64,000 nucleotides of DNA from the human T2T-CHM13v2.0 reference genome, Homo sapiens. The notes below the pieces were generated by a model that was not told the DNA's origin, did no database searches, and saw nothing but the letters and a program-made list of their open reading frames with translations. The position numbers and the translations under genes are program-made. Positions 16,117 to 33,070 of the stretch are shown here, in pieces. Location: NCBI RefSeq assembly GCF_009914755.1, contig NC_060929.1, one strand, 5' to 3'. Position 1 is the stretch's first letter; each line of letters opens with the position of its first letter.

Positions 16117-16213
16117 TAAAGTAAAGTAAAGTAAAGTAAAGTAAAGTAAAGTAAAGTAAAGTAAAGTAAAATAAAATAAAATAAAATAAAATAAAATAAA
16201 TAAAATAAAATAA
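16117..16213. repeat. Compound (GTAAA)10(ATAAA)n pentanucleotide repeat forming the L1 tail
   Basis: Ten GTAAA units at 16121-16170, then ATAAA/TAAAA units. Confidence 0.95.
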
Positions 16214-16619
16214 CTGCCTGCATTGTACCCTTTACACAATCCAAAAATGTGTAGTCCTCAGATAGCAAAGGAAATATTAAACTTTACAAAGTAAATCTTT
16301 TGCTACTTTACTGGGTTAAAAACTTAATATTCTGAAAAGTTGGCATATGCTTTCAACTGCTGAGACAATCTACCTTAATTTTAAACCAATTCATAATTTC
16401 TTCATATTAACCAACAAACAGTAAAGTTAAACTGATTTTGAAAATCAAGCCAGAATTTTTTTAAGACTTCATTCATAAAAATTGTAGCTAGGAGAGCTTA
16501 GCTGTTATTTCTGTTGGTTAGACTGAAAGAAAACCTATGTGGTAGACATTAATGTAGAGTTAGCAAGAAGCCTTCTGTCATTATTCAATCTGAAACCCTG
16601 CCTGCTAACTCCCCTTCTT

Positions 16620-16842
16620 GCCAGGTCACTTTCTAGGTTTTCCCTCTATCTCATTCTTCTTCATTATACTTAACACTATTTGATGATACATAATTAATTA
16701 TTTGTTTAGTTGTTTGTTGGTTGTGCCAAGATTGTAAGCTTCAGGGAGTTTGTCTTATTCATTATTGTATCCCAGGGCCTAGTGCAGTGCCTAACACATG
16801 TTAAGTACTCAAATATTTTGGATTAAAAAAAATCAATGAATG
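16620..16842 (+). mobile_element. L2 3' end
   Basis: AGATTGTAAGCTTC...TGTATCCCAGGGCCTAGTGCAGTGCCTAACACAT...AATGAATG. Confidence 0.8.
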
Positions 16843-17064
16843 TGTTCTTTTTCTGCAATTAGCTCTCTTAAGTAGAGCAATAATTTATCTAGCTTTTAAA
16901 CATTTCCTGTACCTTTAAAAAAAACCATAGAAGATGTTTTTAAAAACCTTACCATTCATATGTTGTAAAACGTATAAGGGTGTTTACTGAACTTTTACGT
17001 TGTGTCCTATTTTTCAAATATACTTGAGTTTGTTGTATAGTAGTCAAGCAGTAAATGCAGAACA

Positions 17065-17255
17065 CAAGCACTTTGTGGGGCAGGCTCATTACACATTTTA
17101 TTATGTATAATCTTTATTATTATCTCATAAGTCATGAGACTCCATTTTACAGGTGATGAAACTGATACCCAGAGATATAAATAACATACTTGACATACTT
17201 AAGATCATATGGTTAATAAGTGACAGAGCCAGGATTTGACCCCTCTGGCTGACCC
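17065..17255 (-). mobile_element. MIR
   Basis: CCATTTTACAGGTGATGAAACTGA...TAAGTGACAGAGCCAGGATTTGA. Confidence 0.8.
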
Positions 17256-17958
17256 TACATATATTTCCCTATTGAATCCTCTGAACACCAGTTTACAAAG
17301 TACCAAACAAACTAATTTTTGAGTCTTGGTAATCAGGTGAATTTTAGTTAATGATACCTTACTGATAAATTGGCATGCAGCCAACTTAAAAAATAAACAC
17401 AACAGCTAATCTCTGCATTTTTACTTATACTGAATGATAGAAAATTCACACTTATGTCAATTTTATGTTAGAATTTTAAACATATTAATGTATTTTTTGT
17501 AATAGAAGATTCATGGTACATATTCTGGATAAGTATAATTCCAATAGAAGCATGCAAGTTAGTTGAAAACTTACAGGAAATAATGTAAAATAGGTAGAAA
17601 AGTTTTCTTGGTCACTGTACTGGGAGCATATATTAGGGCATTGTTTAAAAATGAGAATTGTTAACTGATTTGTTCCTAAATAAAAATAATAAGGAGAAAT
17701 GCAGACTTTACCCAAATTTTAGAACTCCCTAGCTGATATTCCAAGATATTATCTTTCTAAGAAAGATAATATTAGAAATCTAAATACCTGTCTTTTCTTA
17801 TATCAGGGAGAAGCCTATCAGTTACAGAATATTGTCATTTTGCAGGGAACGAAAGGTAATAAGGCAGTTCATTTTTCAACTTGGAAATACGCTTGTAGAA
17901 ATCAGTCTTGACCATTTGCTTACAAAGTAATATGTATAAACATTGATTTTGCTCAGCC

Positions 17959-18500
17959 TGTTGGTAGACATTGCAGTGTCTCCCACACATATATCCTACC
18001 TTTGGTTCGGTTGTGTAGCAGACAGGTTTTCAATGGAATGCATCTGGTTCTCAGCTGAGGAGGTGGGACATGGTAAGTCTAAATTAATTAGGATAAATCT
18101 ATATCTTGCCATAATGATTACATGTGGAAACTTTGGGCTAAGCCAATTAGCAGATGACATTCTCACTCCCACAAATATTGATTCAGGGTGAGCAAAAGAC
18201 CTTTTCCAGTCCTATCATGACAAAGCTCACAGATGCTATCTCTCTCTCCTTTGTGTTAACCAGAAAGCATGTGGCCCAGCTAAGTCTAGCAGTATGTTCT
18301 TGCTATGAGGAGGGCCGGCCTAGTAGAAAACCTACTGTTTGGAAGAAAGCAGTTCAAGGAAGTTGCAGAGAAGCAGAGCTGCCCTGATGAAACCCTTCCT
18401 GTGACTCTTCTAACCTTGTACAATTTGTTTGTATGAGACTCCTATTATTTTGGCCATTTTGAGCTTGGAGTTCCATTACTTGCAACTAAAAGCCTCCTGT
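17959..18500 (+). mobile_element. Old MaLR LTR (MLT1J/K-like)
   Basis: Starts TG..GGTAGACATTGC and ends TTACTTGCAACTAAAAGCCTCCT, like the MLT1 3' terminus. Confidence 0.55.
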
Positions 18501-18921
18501 GAGGTTATTTAAATGATCTCTGATTCAATTGTCTCCCTCAGCGCCCTCAACTAATCAGGTGCCAAAGCCTTTTGATTCTTTCTCAGGGATAGTTCCTGGT
18601 GTTGTGCCCTTTTCTCCATTCCTACAGGTCTTTCTGTCTTCCCATCTATACTGCTGCACTTGCTAATAGGTCGCACAATTATTACTTAATAAAGTTTTTC
18701 AGTCTCCTCATTTCTTCCAAAATAAGCTCAAATCCCTCAGCTGCCAATAAGAAACTTTGGTTCTTTCCTACTTTTAAAATTCATCCTAAAATTTAACACA
18801 AACCGCTTCTGGTTGTCTGAATGTAACGTATGTTTTGTTCTCTTTAGTCCTATGCTTTTTTACCATATTGGATACTTAGACCCACTTTGATAACTCAGCT
18901 AAAATACTATCTCTTTGGTAA

Positions 18922-19263
<342 letters not shown>

Positions 19264-19274
19264 AGAATTTCTTA

Positions 19275-19510
19275 ATTGCTTTCTCTTGACTCCCCTGCAC
19301 AGTTACTTGCTCATTCTTCGGTGTTCTCATGGCACTTTATACATACATTCATTAACACCTTCCACATTGTGTTGTTATGATTTGTTTATAGTTTGACCTC
19401 CCTTCTAGACTGTGACTCATTGAGGGCCAGCTCTAGACTAAGACACTGTTTCTCTCCCAAGCCAACCTAAGCCTTTGTACATGGTACGCATTTAATATTT
19501 GCTGATTATG
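19275..19510 (+). mobile_element. L2 3' fragment (probably also continues upstream at 18520-18900)
   Basis: CTAGACTGTGACTCATTGAGGGC...ACATGGTACGCATTTAATATTTGCTGA. Confidence 0.6.
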
Positions 19511-22081
19511 TTAATAAAGGACTGAATTAATCTCCATGGTTATTATTTCAAAACATGCTGTCAGAATATGCATCCACATGTACTGTCCTAAAAATAAAAA
19601 AATTCAAAAGGACATGGTACCTAATGTCTTGTATTTTATAGGTTGTTCCACATGGAATTTAAAACAACTCTATGCAGGAATATTACTTGTTAGGTCTCCT
19701 AAATTTAGACTCATTTTAAGAATTATAATTTTCTTTCCTTTTTTCCGGAAAAGCTTCTGTTACTTCAAACTGAAGCAGAGCCAAAAGGCAAGAGGAGGTC
19801 TAAGGTCTACTTGTCTGTATTTACTTGGTCTAAAATAGCATTGGACTTTTGTTATATGTGGTTTTCATATGATTTAGGAAAGAAAAAAAAGCTTTAACCT
19901 GCTGCTTTGTTTGAACAGTGATGGCAAAAACTAAAAATAACGCAAGATTCCAAATGTGTGTATGGAAATTAAAACACAATTTTGAGCAATTGCTGTAAAA
20001 ACTTCCACTCTCTATATACACCTTTAGACTTAGCTGGAGCCAGATCTGCCCACAAAGGAGACATTTAACTGATAGGCCCTTTTTATGAAAGGCCTTTTCC
20101 AGGGGCCACATCTTGGGGGGTTTGGGGAAGGGAAGTGTGTGGTTCTGTCTAAGTTTCATCCAGGACTTCTCTCCCCATCTGACCCTGGAAATTGCTGCAA
20201 TTGTAGCTTCCTGTGGTATGCAGTAAAAAAAAAAAAAAAAAAACTAAATCAGAAATGGTAGAAAACACCAAGTAAAGGGAGTTTCTAAGCTTCTTATGCT
20301 GGAGCTATGTATTCACAAGCAATATAACATAATTCTAACTTGTACCAGGCATCGACCTTTCAAATTTTTCTCTAAATGAGCTTTGAACATAGCTTGCCAT
20401 CAGGAGCTACTACTGGTGATATATATTTTTATAGTTCATTTTTTTAAAAAGTAAGAGAAGAAAACTACATTTATTAGAAATGTATTAGATATTAGAAAAT
20501 ATCTCTCCTAAGGCAATATTTGAGATAAGAGGGAGGAGAACAACAGTGTGAATGGGAGGTCCCTGGCAAGTGAAGCAGTTCGAATAGATTGCCATAAAAA
20601 GAAAGGTCATAGTGATTCAGTCAACTAAGTAGACCTGAACTAAGAATACCACAGAACTGCCTGTCGGACTAAGATGGCTTTGATGGAAAATGACAAATGA
20701 GATTGACAGGGGCATCTGAACCCTTGCAGCTGTTTCATTTCAGGCATTCTTCTCCAGGATGGCTACCACATGGATTTAAGAAGCTGCAGACAGCAGTCAT
20801 TTAAGGAAATGGAAACCATGTCAAAATCATGTTAGAATGTAATCTGGAGTAGACTGTCAGTTTGGTCAGAATATGCAGATATCAGCCATCTCACCATCTT
20901 AGTTGGTTCCTGTTATCTCAGTTGGTCTTCCCTAATGTCCTTTACTCTCTAGTTCACTCCTTACCTGCACCTAAAGGTAGTTCCTATATTCAGGCTGTTT
21001 AAATGTCTTATTTGTTTAAAATCCTGGATTTACGTAAAGCAGTGTAGTATAATTTTAAAATCATAAGTGGTAGAGTCAAAATGTTTTATTTTTAATTGAC
21101 AAAAAATTATATATAATATGTTGTTTTGAAATATGTATACATCATGAAATGGCAAAATTGAGCTAATTAGCATATGTATTACCTCACATAATTATTATTT
21201 TTGTGGTGAGAACACTTGATATCTATTCTCCTGACAACTTTTCAAGAATATCATACATTGTTATTGCCTATTGTCACCATGCTGTAGAGTGGATCTCTTG
21301 AACTTATTCCTCCTAGCTAACTGAAATTTTGTATCTTTGACCAACATTTCCCCAATTTCCCTCCCTAACAGCCCCAGGTAACCACCATTCTACTCTCTAC
21401 TTCTGTGAGTTCAACTTTTTATACTTCATGTATAAGTGAGATCATGCAGTATGTCTTTCTGTGCCTGGATTATTTTACTTAACATAACGTCCTCCAGGTT
21501 CATTCATGTTGTCCCAAAGGACAGGATTTCCATCTTTATTAAGGCTGAAGAGTATTCCATTGTGTTTATGTAATAGATTTGATTTACCTATTTATCTATT
21601 GATATACATTTAGGTTGATTTCATATCTTGGCTATTGTGAACAATGCTGAAATGAACATGGGAGTTTAGATATCTCTTGGATTTAATGATTTAATTTCCT
21701 TTAATTATATACACAGTAGTGAGATTGCTGGATCATATGATATTCCTGTTAAGATTCTTTGAGGAAACTCCATACTGTTTCATACTGTTTTCCATAGTAG
21801 TAGTATTACTTTATATTCCTACCAACAGTGTTTAAGGTATCCTTTTCCTCCATATCCTCTCCAACACTTTTTTCTTTTTCTTTTTTGTAATATTCATTAT
21901 AACATATGTAAGTGGATATCTCAATTTGGTTTTAATTTGCATTTCTCTAATGATTAAAGATGTTGAGCATTTTTAAATATACCTGTTGGCTATTTGTATG
22001 TCTTCTTTTGAGAAATGTTAATTTAGATATTTTGCCCATTTTTACATTGGGTTATTTATTTTCTTACCATTGAGCTGTTTG

Positions 22082-22322
22082 CGTTGGCACAATTATACCT
22101 CATTGGAGCTTCAAACTCCTGGGCTCAAGCAATCCTCCCATCTCAGCCTCTTGAGTAGCTGAGGCTAGAGACACCCGGCTATTTTTTTTATTTTTATTTT
22201 TATTTTTGTAGAGACAAGGCTCTTCCTATGTTGCCCAGGCTGGTCTTGAACTCCTAGGTTCAAGTGCCCTACCACCTTGGCCTCCCAAAGTGCTGGGAGT
22301 AAAGGTGTGAGCCACCACACCT
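22082..22322 (-). mobile_element. AluJ lacking its 3' end and tail
   Basis: CTCCTGGGCTCAAGCAATCCTCCC...ATGTTGCCCAGGCTGG...GAGCCACCACACC. Confidence 0.85.
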
Positions 22323-23129
22323 TATATTAAAGCCTTATCATATGTATGGTATGGAGATACTTTCTTCTATTCTGTAGGTTGCCTCTTCACTCTGTTGATT
22401 ATTTTGTTGACTGTGCAGAAGATTTTTTAAGTTTGATGTAATCTCATTTTTTTTTCTATTGTTGTCTATGCTTTTGAGTTCTTATTAAAAAATTATTGCC
22501 TAGATCAATGTTGTGGAGTTTTTCTCCTATGTTTTATTCTGCTAGTTTTATGGATTCAAGTCTTACATTTAAGTCTTCAATCTATTTTTAGTGGACTTCT
22601 GTATATGATGTGAGATAAAGTTCTAGTTTCATTCTTTTGCATGCAGATATACCAACACCAGTCAATGAAGGGACTATCCTTTCTCCACGTGTTCTTGCTG
22701 CCTTTGTTGAAGATCAATGGGCCATAAATGTATTAATTAATTAATTTATTTCTCTCTATTTTGTTCCATTAGTCTATGTGTCTGTTTTTATGCCAGTACT
22801 ATGCTGTTTTGATTACTATAGCTTTGCAGCATATTTTGAAGTCAGGTATTGTGATGCCTCAAACTTTGTTCTTACTGTTTAAGATTGCTTTGGTTTTTGG
22901 AGTCTTGTATGGTTCCATACAAATTTTAGAATTTTGTTCTTATGTATTTTTTGTGTTTTTTATACAGGAAATTATTTTCTTGATTTCTCTTTCAGATACT
23001 TCCTTGTTAGTCAATTGAAACACTACTGATTTCATATGTTGATTTTGAATCCTGCAACTTTACTGAAATTATTTAATAGTTCTAATAGTTTTTGGTGGAG
23101 TTTGTAGGGTTTCCATACATAGGACATTC

Positions 23130-27330
<4,201 letters not shown>

Positions 27331-27907
27331 GGTACACAGTACCCACTTCATACTAAAGATGTAAGTGGGTACACAATACCATTATAGTATCAGAATATTT
27401 TGACTGTGACTGTGTACTTACTATTGACAGTTAGTTTTATAGTTTCTTATGTTTTTGGATTATCAGTTAGAGTCATTTGCTTTCAGCTTGAAGAGAACTC
27501 TTTAGCATTTTTCTAATACAGGTCTGTATTAGAGAAACTTCCTCAGCTTTTGTTTGTCTGAGAAAATCTTTATTTTTCCTTCATTTCTGAAGGACAGCTT
27601 TACCAGATACAGTATTCTTCGTTGCCAGTATTTTCCTTTAGCACTTAGAATATAACCACTCTCTCCTTGTCTGCAATGTTTCTGCTGAGAAATCTGCTGT
27701 TAGGTTTATCAGAGCCCCTTATATGTTATGTAACTCTTTTCTCTTGCTTCTTTTAGGGTGCTCTCTTTGTCTTTGACTTTTGATGGTTTGATTATATCTT
27801 GGTTTAGTCTTGTTTGGATTGAACGTGACTGGACATCTTTGACCTTCCTTTACCAGAACATTTGTATCTTTCCTCAGATTTGGAAAGTTTTCAGCTATTA
27901 TGTCTTT

Positions 27908-28206
27908 TTATTTTTATTTTTGTTTGAGACGGAGTCTCACTCTGTTGCCCAGCCTGGAGTGCAGTGGCATGATCTCGGCTCACTGCAACCACTGCCTCCC
28001 AGGTTCAAGCAATCACCTTCCTTAGCCTCCCAACTAGCTGGGAATACAAGCACACACCATCACCTGTTTCTAATTGTGGTATTTGTGGTAGAGACAAGGT
28101 TTCAATATGTTGGCAAGGCTGGTCTTGAACACCTGACCTCAAATGATTTACCTGCCTTGGCCTCTGAAAGTGCTGAGGTTACAGGCATGAGCCACCATGC
28201 CCAGTC
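27908..28206 (-). mobile_element. AluS inside the L1MA ORF1 region
   Basis: Full dimer; TSD TCAGCTATTATGTCTTT / TCAGTTATTATGCCTTT. Confidence 0.92.
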
Positions 28207-28691
28207 TCAGTTATTATGCCTTTAAGCAAGCTTTCTATTCCTTTGTTTTTCTCTTCTCCTTTGTGAACTGCTATGACTTGAACATTTGCTCTTTTAATGC
28301 TGTTCCATACATCTGTCTTTACTTCTTTTTCATTCTTTTCCCTTTCTGACTGTATATTTTCAAGTAACCTGTCTTTGAGTTCACAGAATCTTTCTTCTCC
28401 TTAATCAATTCACTGTTAATGCTCTCAATTGCATTTTTTATTTCATGCCCAGCCTCTGTTATTATGTCTTTGAGTAAGCTTTCTATTCCTTTATTTTTCT
28501 CTTCTTTGTGAACTGCTATGACCTGAACGTTTGCTCTTTTAATGCTGTTCCACACATCTATCTTTATTTCTTTTTCATTCTTTTTCTTCTTTAACTGTAT
28601 ATTTACAAGTAACCTGTCTTTGAGTTCACAGAATCTTTCTTCTGCTTAGTCAATTCACTGTTAATGCTCTCGATTGCATTTTTCATTACAT
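28196..28691. repeat. ~248-bp tandem duplication
   Basis: Copies start CATGCCCAG at 28196 and 28444; both contain CAAGTAACCTGTCTTTGAGTTCACAGAATCTTTCTTCT. Confidence 0.93.
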
Positions 28692-30061
28692 TTATTATAT
28701 TTTTCAGTTCTAGAATTTTGATTTTTAAAAATAATTTCAATATCTGATAAATTTCTCACTTTGGTCATTCATTGTCTTTCTAATTTTATTGAGTAGTTTA
28801 TTTTTATTTTCTTTAAGTTTTCTGAGCTTCTTTAAAATAATTTTTCAAGTTGTCAGACCATTTGTATATCTGTATCTCTTTGGGATCAGCTACTGTGAGA
28901 TTGTTATGTTTTTTCAGTGGTATGCGTCCTAATTTTTTATGTCTCTTGTTGCCTTACAGTAATGAGTACACATTTGAAGAAGTAGGGATTTATTTCAGTT
29001 TTTGAAGACTGGTTTTGCCTGAGAAAGGCTTTCACTAGTCAGCCTGTCCAGGGATTCTGGGCAAGTTGTATGGCATGTTTCAAGATTGGGACTGCTCTTG
29101 AATTCGTTGAACAGATTAGTGAGAAGTCTGGGACAGCTGGAGAGCAAGCTGAATTCCAGTGTCACTGAGCTTAGCTTGGCACTGGGTTAAACCCAAAATC
29201 TGGGGCTACTGCAGTTGGCCTGGTGTTGGGATGGGCCTGGAGACCAAGATTTCAAGGCTTGCCTGGAGCCAGGGCTTATGGGATCTGGCCTGGGGCTGGG
29301 TGGGCTTGGAGACTAAGACTGTGGATACTGGCCTAAAGTTTGAGGCTGTAGGAGCCTAATCAGCACTGGGTTTTACTGGATTGGGCCTGGCATTGGAATG
29401 CAGGGCAAAGTCTGGTACTCCTTTCTTTCTGAGCTATGCTGCCTGTGGTTGGGAGGGGGTGATGTGGGTAATGTAAAACTATCTTTTCTGCCCTATTTAA
29501 TGCATCTTTTCTTATTTCGGTGCTACACCTAGGTGCTGTAATCTCTAACCTGTTTTCCTTAGCTCTTGTGAAGGTATTTTTTGTGTATGGATAGTTGTTC
29601 AGATTGATGTTGCTATGCGGGAATGAATGCTAGAGAGTCCTATTCTGCTATCTTCTCAAAATGTTTTAATCATGGCTTTGCCCATTTTCTAGCTTTGTGG
29701 CTGAGGGAAAGAATCTTGCATTTTTGAGACTCACTTACCGCGTCTATAATTGGGAATACAAATAATAATCCATAATTTACAGAATTATTAGAAAACAAAC
29801 TAGATGACATATGTAAGCTAGACACACTTTGATTTCTTAATTAAAATAAAAAAATATTTTGTTGGCTTTCAAACTAAATTTTGCTACTCAACCTTTTTAT
29901 TCAAAAATAATCGTGCATACATATACATATATACCAATCGAAAGCAGTATATTACTATAATAATTTTAAAATTAAAAAGAAAAGTTTTTTGAAGGTAAAC
30001 AATGAACAAAATGTGCTTGCTGTGATGAAAATAAAAATGGAAAAAAGTCTCAGTCATAACA

Positions 30062-30255
30062 AATTGTTATTGGGGACATTCTATGCACCAAGAATGAGTC
30101 ATCTCTTTAGATTTCCTTATAGTCTTAGAGGCAGTTACTGTTAGCGTAATAATCCCCATTTTATAGGAAAGGCAGTTGGGCATAGATACTCAAATTTATT
30201 ACTCTAAGTCCCACATAAAATGGAGAGTTACGTTTGAAACTAGGCACTGTGCCCA
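30062..30255 (-). mobile_element. MIR
   Basis: ATCCCCATTTTATAGGAAAGG...TTTGAAACTAGGC. Confidence 0.55.
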
Positions 30256-31053
30256 CTATGCCACTAGAGTCTGGTTTTCAGCCACTAGACTCCATGGCTT
30301 CAGCTGCCAGAGTCTTGGTAGCAATCTTGACACAAAAATAAGTATCAAACTGGGGGCAAAAACTAATTTTCATGAAATCTCTGAATACTATTTAACTATA
30401 TTAATTTGAATAATTTAAAGGAGGTTACTAGAATATTTACTTCTCAATGTTAAACTACTAAAATATCAATGATTTTTCACTTCCTTTAAGTGACAAAGTT
30501 GAATGTACATTGATGTATTGATTTATTGCAATTTATCAATTAATTCATCCATCCAAAGGTGTTTTTGAACATGTGTTAAGTGGTAAGTCAATTTAAATCT
30601 TTATTGCTTGGTGAGAAATTGTTTTCAAATATAGCTTGAAATATAGTGATATTTTGAGTGAAATTAATATTTTTTAGTAATTATGTCCAAAGTTAAACCT
30701 ATTATTTTATTACTGAAATTCTATATGAATCCTAAGCATGGTAAAGGGGTGGTTCTTTATTACCCTAGTTGAGCTCATTAAGCTCATTTGAGAGATGTTT
30801 AGCTATTGTGTTTTCAGATTAGGAAAATTTAGAGAACTGATTTCTTCTTTCATTTAATGTATTGAAACCATCACCTCACCGTGGGGCAGCCACCTCACAT
30901 GGAACGCCTGTATTAAAAACTAAACTTCAGAATTCAGTGCTTAAATCATTACAAATAACACCGAAAGGTTTGGCTTAATAAAACTAGGTTTTTATGACAA
31001 GATCCCACAATGTCTTGCAAAATACTGACAATTGTATAACAAAAAGGAAAATA

Positions 31054-31358
31054 GGCTGGGCATGGTGGCTCATGCCTGTAATCTCAGCACTTTGGGAGGC
31101 TGAGGCAGGTGGATCATTTGAGGTCAGGAGTTCAAGACCAGCATGGCCAACATGGTGAAATCCTGTCTCTACTAAAAATACAAAAATTAGCTGGGCGTGC
31201 TGGCACACGCCTGTAATCCCAGCTACTCAGGAGACTGAGGTGGGAGAATCACTTGAACCCGAGAAGCAGAGTTTGTAGTGAGCCGAGATGGTGCCACTGC
31301 CCTCCAGCCTGGCCGACAGTGCGAGACTCCATCTAAAAAAAATAAATCAATAAATAAC
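31054..31358 (+). mobile_element. AluSx/Sz-like
   Basis: Full dimer; TSD AAGGAAAATA at 31044-31053 and 31359-31368. Confidence 0.95.
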
Positions 31359-31676
31359 AAGGAAAATAATGTGCACAGCTTATAAGCAAGTAATTTGGAA
31401 GAGGAAATTTATCCTACCCCAAAACTTGTTTTTTTTCATTAGGTATCTGATGGCCTTGATCCATCAGAAATATCTGTCTTATCTAGATCAGTCTGTTTAT
31501 TCATCCTAATCTTCTATCACTTATCTGAACTTGAGTTCTGCATGTTAGCCCTTATTTATGATCTCTTGATTACTTTGAATTGCTTTTATATGATTTTTCT
31601 TGTTCTATGTATCCACAAAGTTAGCTTTTGTACCCTTCATTTCTTCCTTCTCTGTGGCCCCCTGCATAACTGTTAT

Positions 31677-31869
31677 AAGTGGTTCTCAAAACGGAGTATC
31701 CACAAGAATCATTTGGGAAACTTATAAAACATCTCTAGCTTTCTAGATTCCACCTAGGGAGGTTCTGACTCTATTGATTTGGGCTTTGTCCCAAGAATCT
31801 GTATTTTCAAAATGTGTCCCATTAATTCTGATGCCGTTGGTCCTCTGAGGACAATTCTGGGAATTTTTT
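31677..31869. mobile_element. MER5A/5B (hAT-Charlie)
   Basis: AGTGGTTCTCAAA...AGAATCATTTGGGAAACTT...CCCAAGAATCTGTATTTT...TTCTGATGC. Confidence 0.7.
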
Positions 31870-32261
31870 GCTGGAGGGAAGGTATGAAAAAGTAAGTTGG
31901 TATATTGCAGATATGGGTATGTGGAATTTCCAACACTGGAAATATATTGCAATGCTATGACTTCAAACACTTACAAAGATAAAGTGAAATGGTTTTTTAT
32001 GGGGGCAAATTTCTTCTAATTTGGGCACCTTGTAAAATGGAAGAGATGCATAAAAAACTGAGTATGAATGAACATGATGGTTTCTATGTTAGTTATAAAT
32101 GCAGATGTTGTACCTTTTTATCCAAAGATACTTCAATCAAAAATATTCGATAGCCAGTATCCTAACTTTGTTTCTCAGTCTGTCTGTGTGTAAATTTTCT
32201 CTTCTGTTTATTCCGGTCACCCCCTCCCCTGGAATGACTAGTGGAATAATTGGCTATGATC

Positions 32262-33070
32262 TGTGATATTATAAAATATGTATTTGGTCTTCATTCCTGT
32301 TTTCTGGCATATGATTCCTAAAATCCTTGGAATCGCCAAAGTGATGGTGATGTCTTCTTGTATGTTAATGAGTTGACTGATTTCTAGCAGCTTCAGGATG
32401 GCAACTGGTCACCAGAAGGACCAAGCCATGATTAGAGGATTGGCACTATCAGCTCCACTCCCCACTAATCTTCAGGGTGGGGAGAAGGGCTGAAGATTAA
32501 GTTGATTACCAGTATTTAATGATGTAATCAACCTACATAATAATGTTCTATTAAAATCCAAAAGTTCAAAACTTCAGAATAGCTGAGCACATGGAGGTTT
32601 CTGGAGGATGATGTGCCTGGGTGGGGACGTGGGGTGGGGCGGGGAGCTGGAAGCTCCTCACCCTATCCATCTCTTCATCTATACACTTTGTAATAAACCA
32701 GTAAACATAAGTGTTTCCCTGAGTTCTGTGAACCACTCTAGCAAATTAATTGAATCCAATGAGTGAGTCTTGGGAACCGCAATTTATAGCCTGTCCATGA
32801 GAAACACAACAACCTGAGGCTTGGATTTGGCATCAGAAGTTGGGGCAATCTTGTGGGACTAAGTCCTCAACTTGTGGGATCTGAAACTTTCTCCAGGGTA
32901 GATAGTGTCGGAATTAAATTGGAGGATACCCAGCTGGTGTCCACCACATAATTGGTTGCTTGCTTGGTGTGTGGGGAAAAATCTCCAAACATTTGTTCAC
33001 AGAAGTCTTCTGTGTTGATTGTTGTGGGGTGAGAGCAGAGGAAAAGCAGACTGTTTTTTTTTTCCTCATA
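32262..33070 (+). mobile_element. MER21-family solo LTR
   Basis: TGTGATATTATAAAATATGTATTTGGTCTTC...GGTCACCAGAAGGACCAAGCCATGATTAGAGG...GGAGGATACCCAGCTGGTGTCC. Confidence 0.88.
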
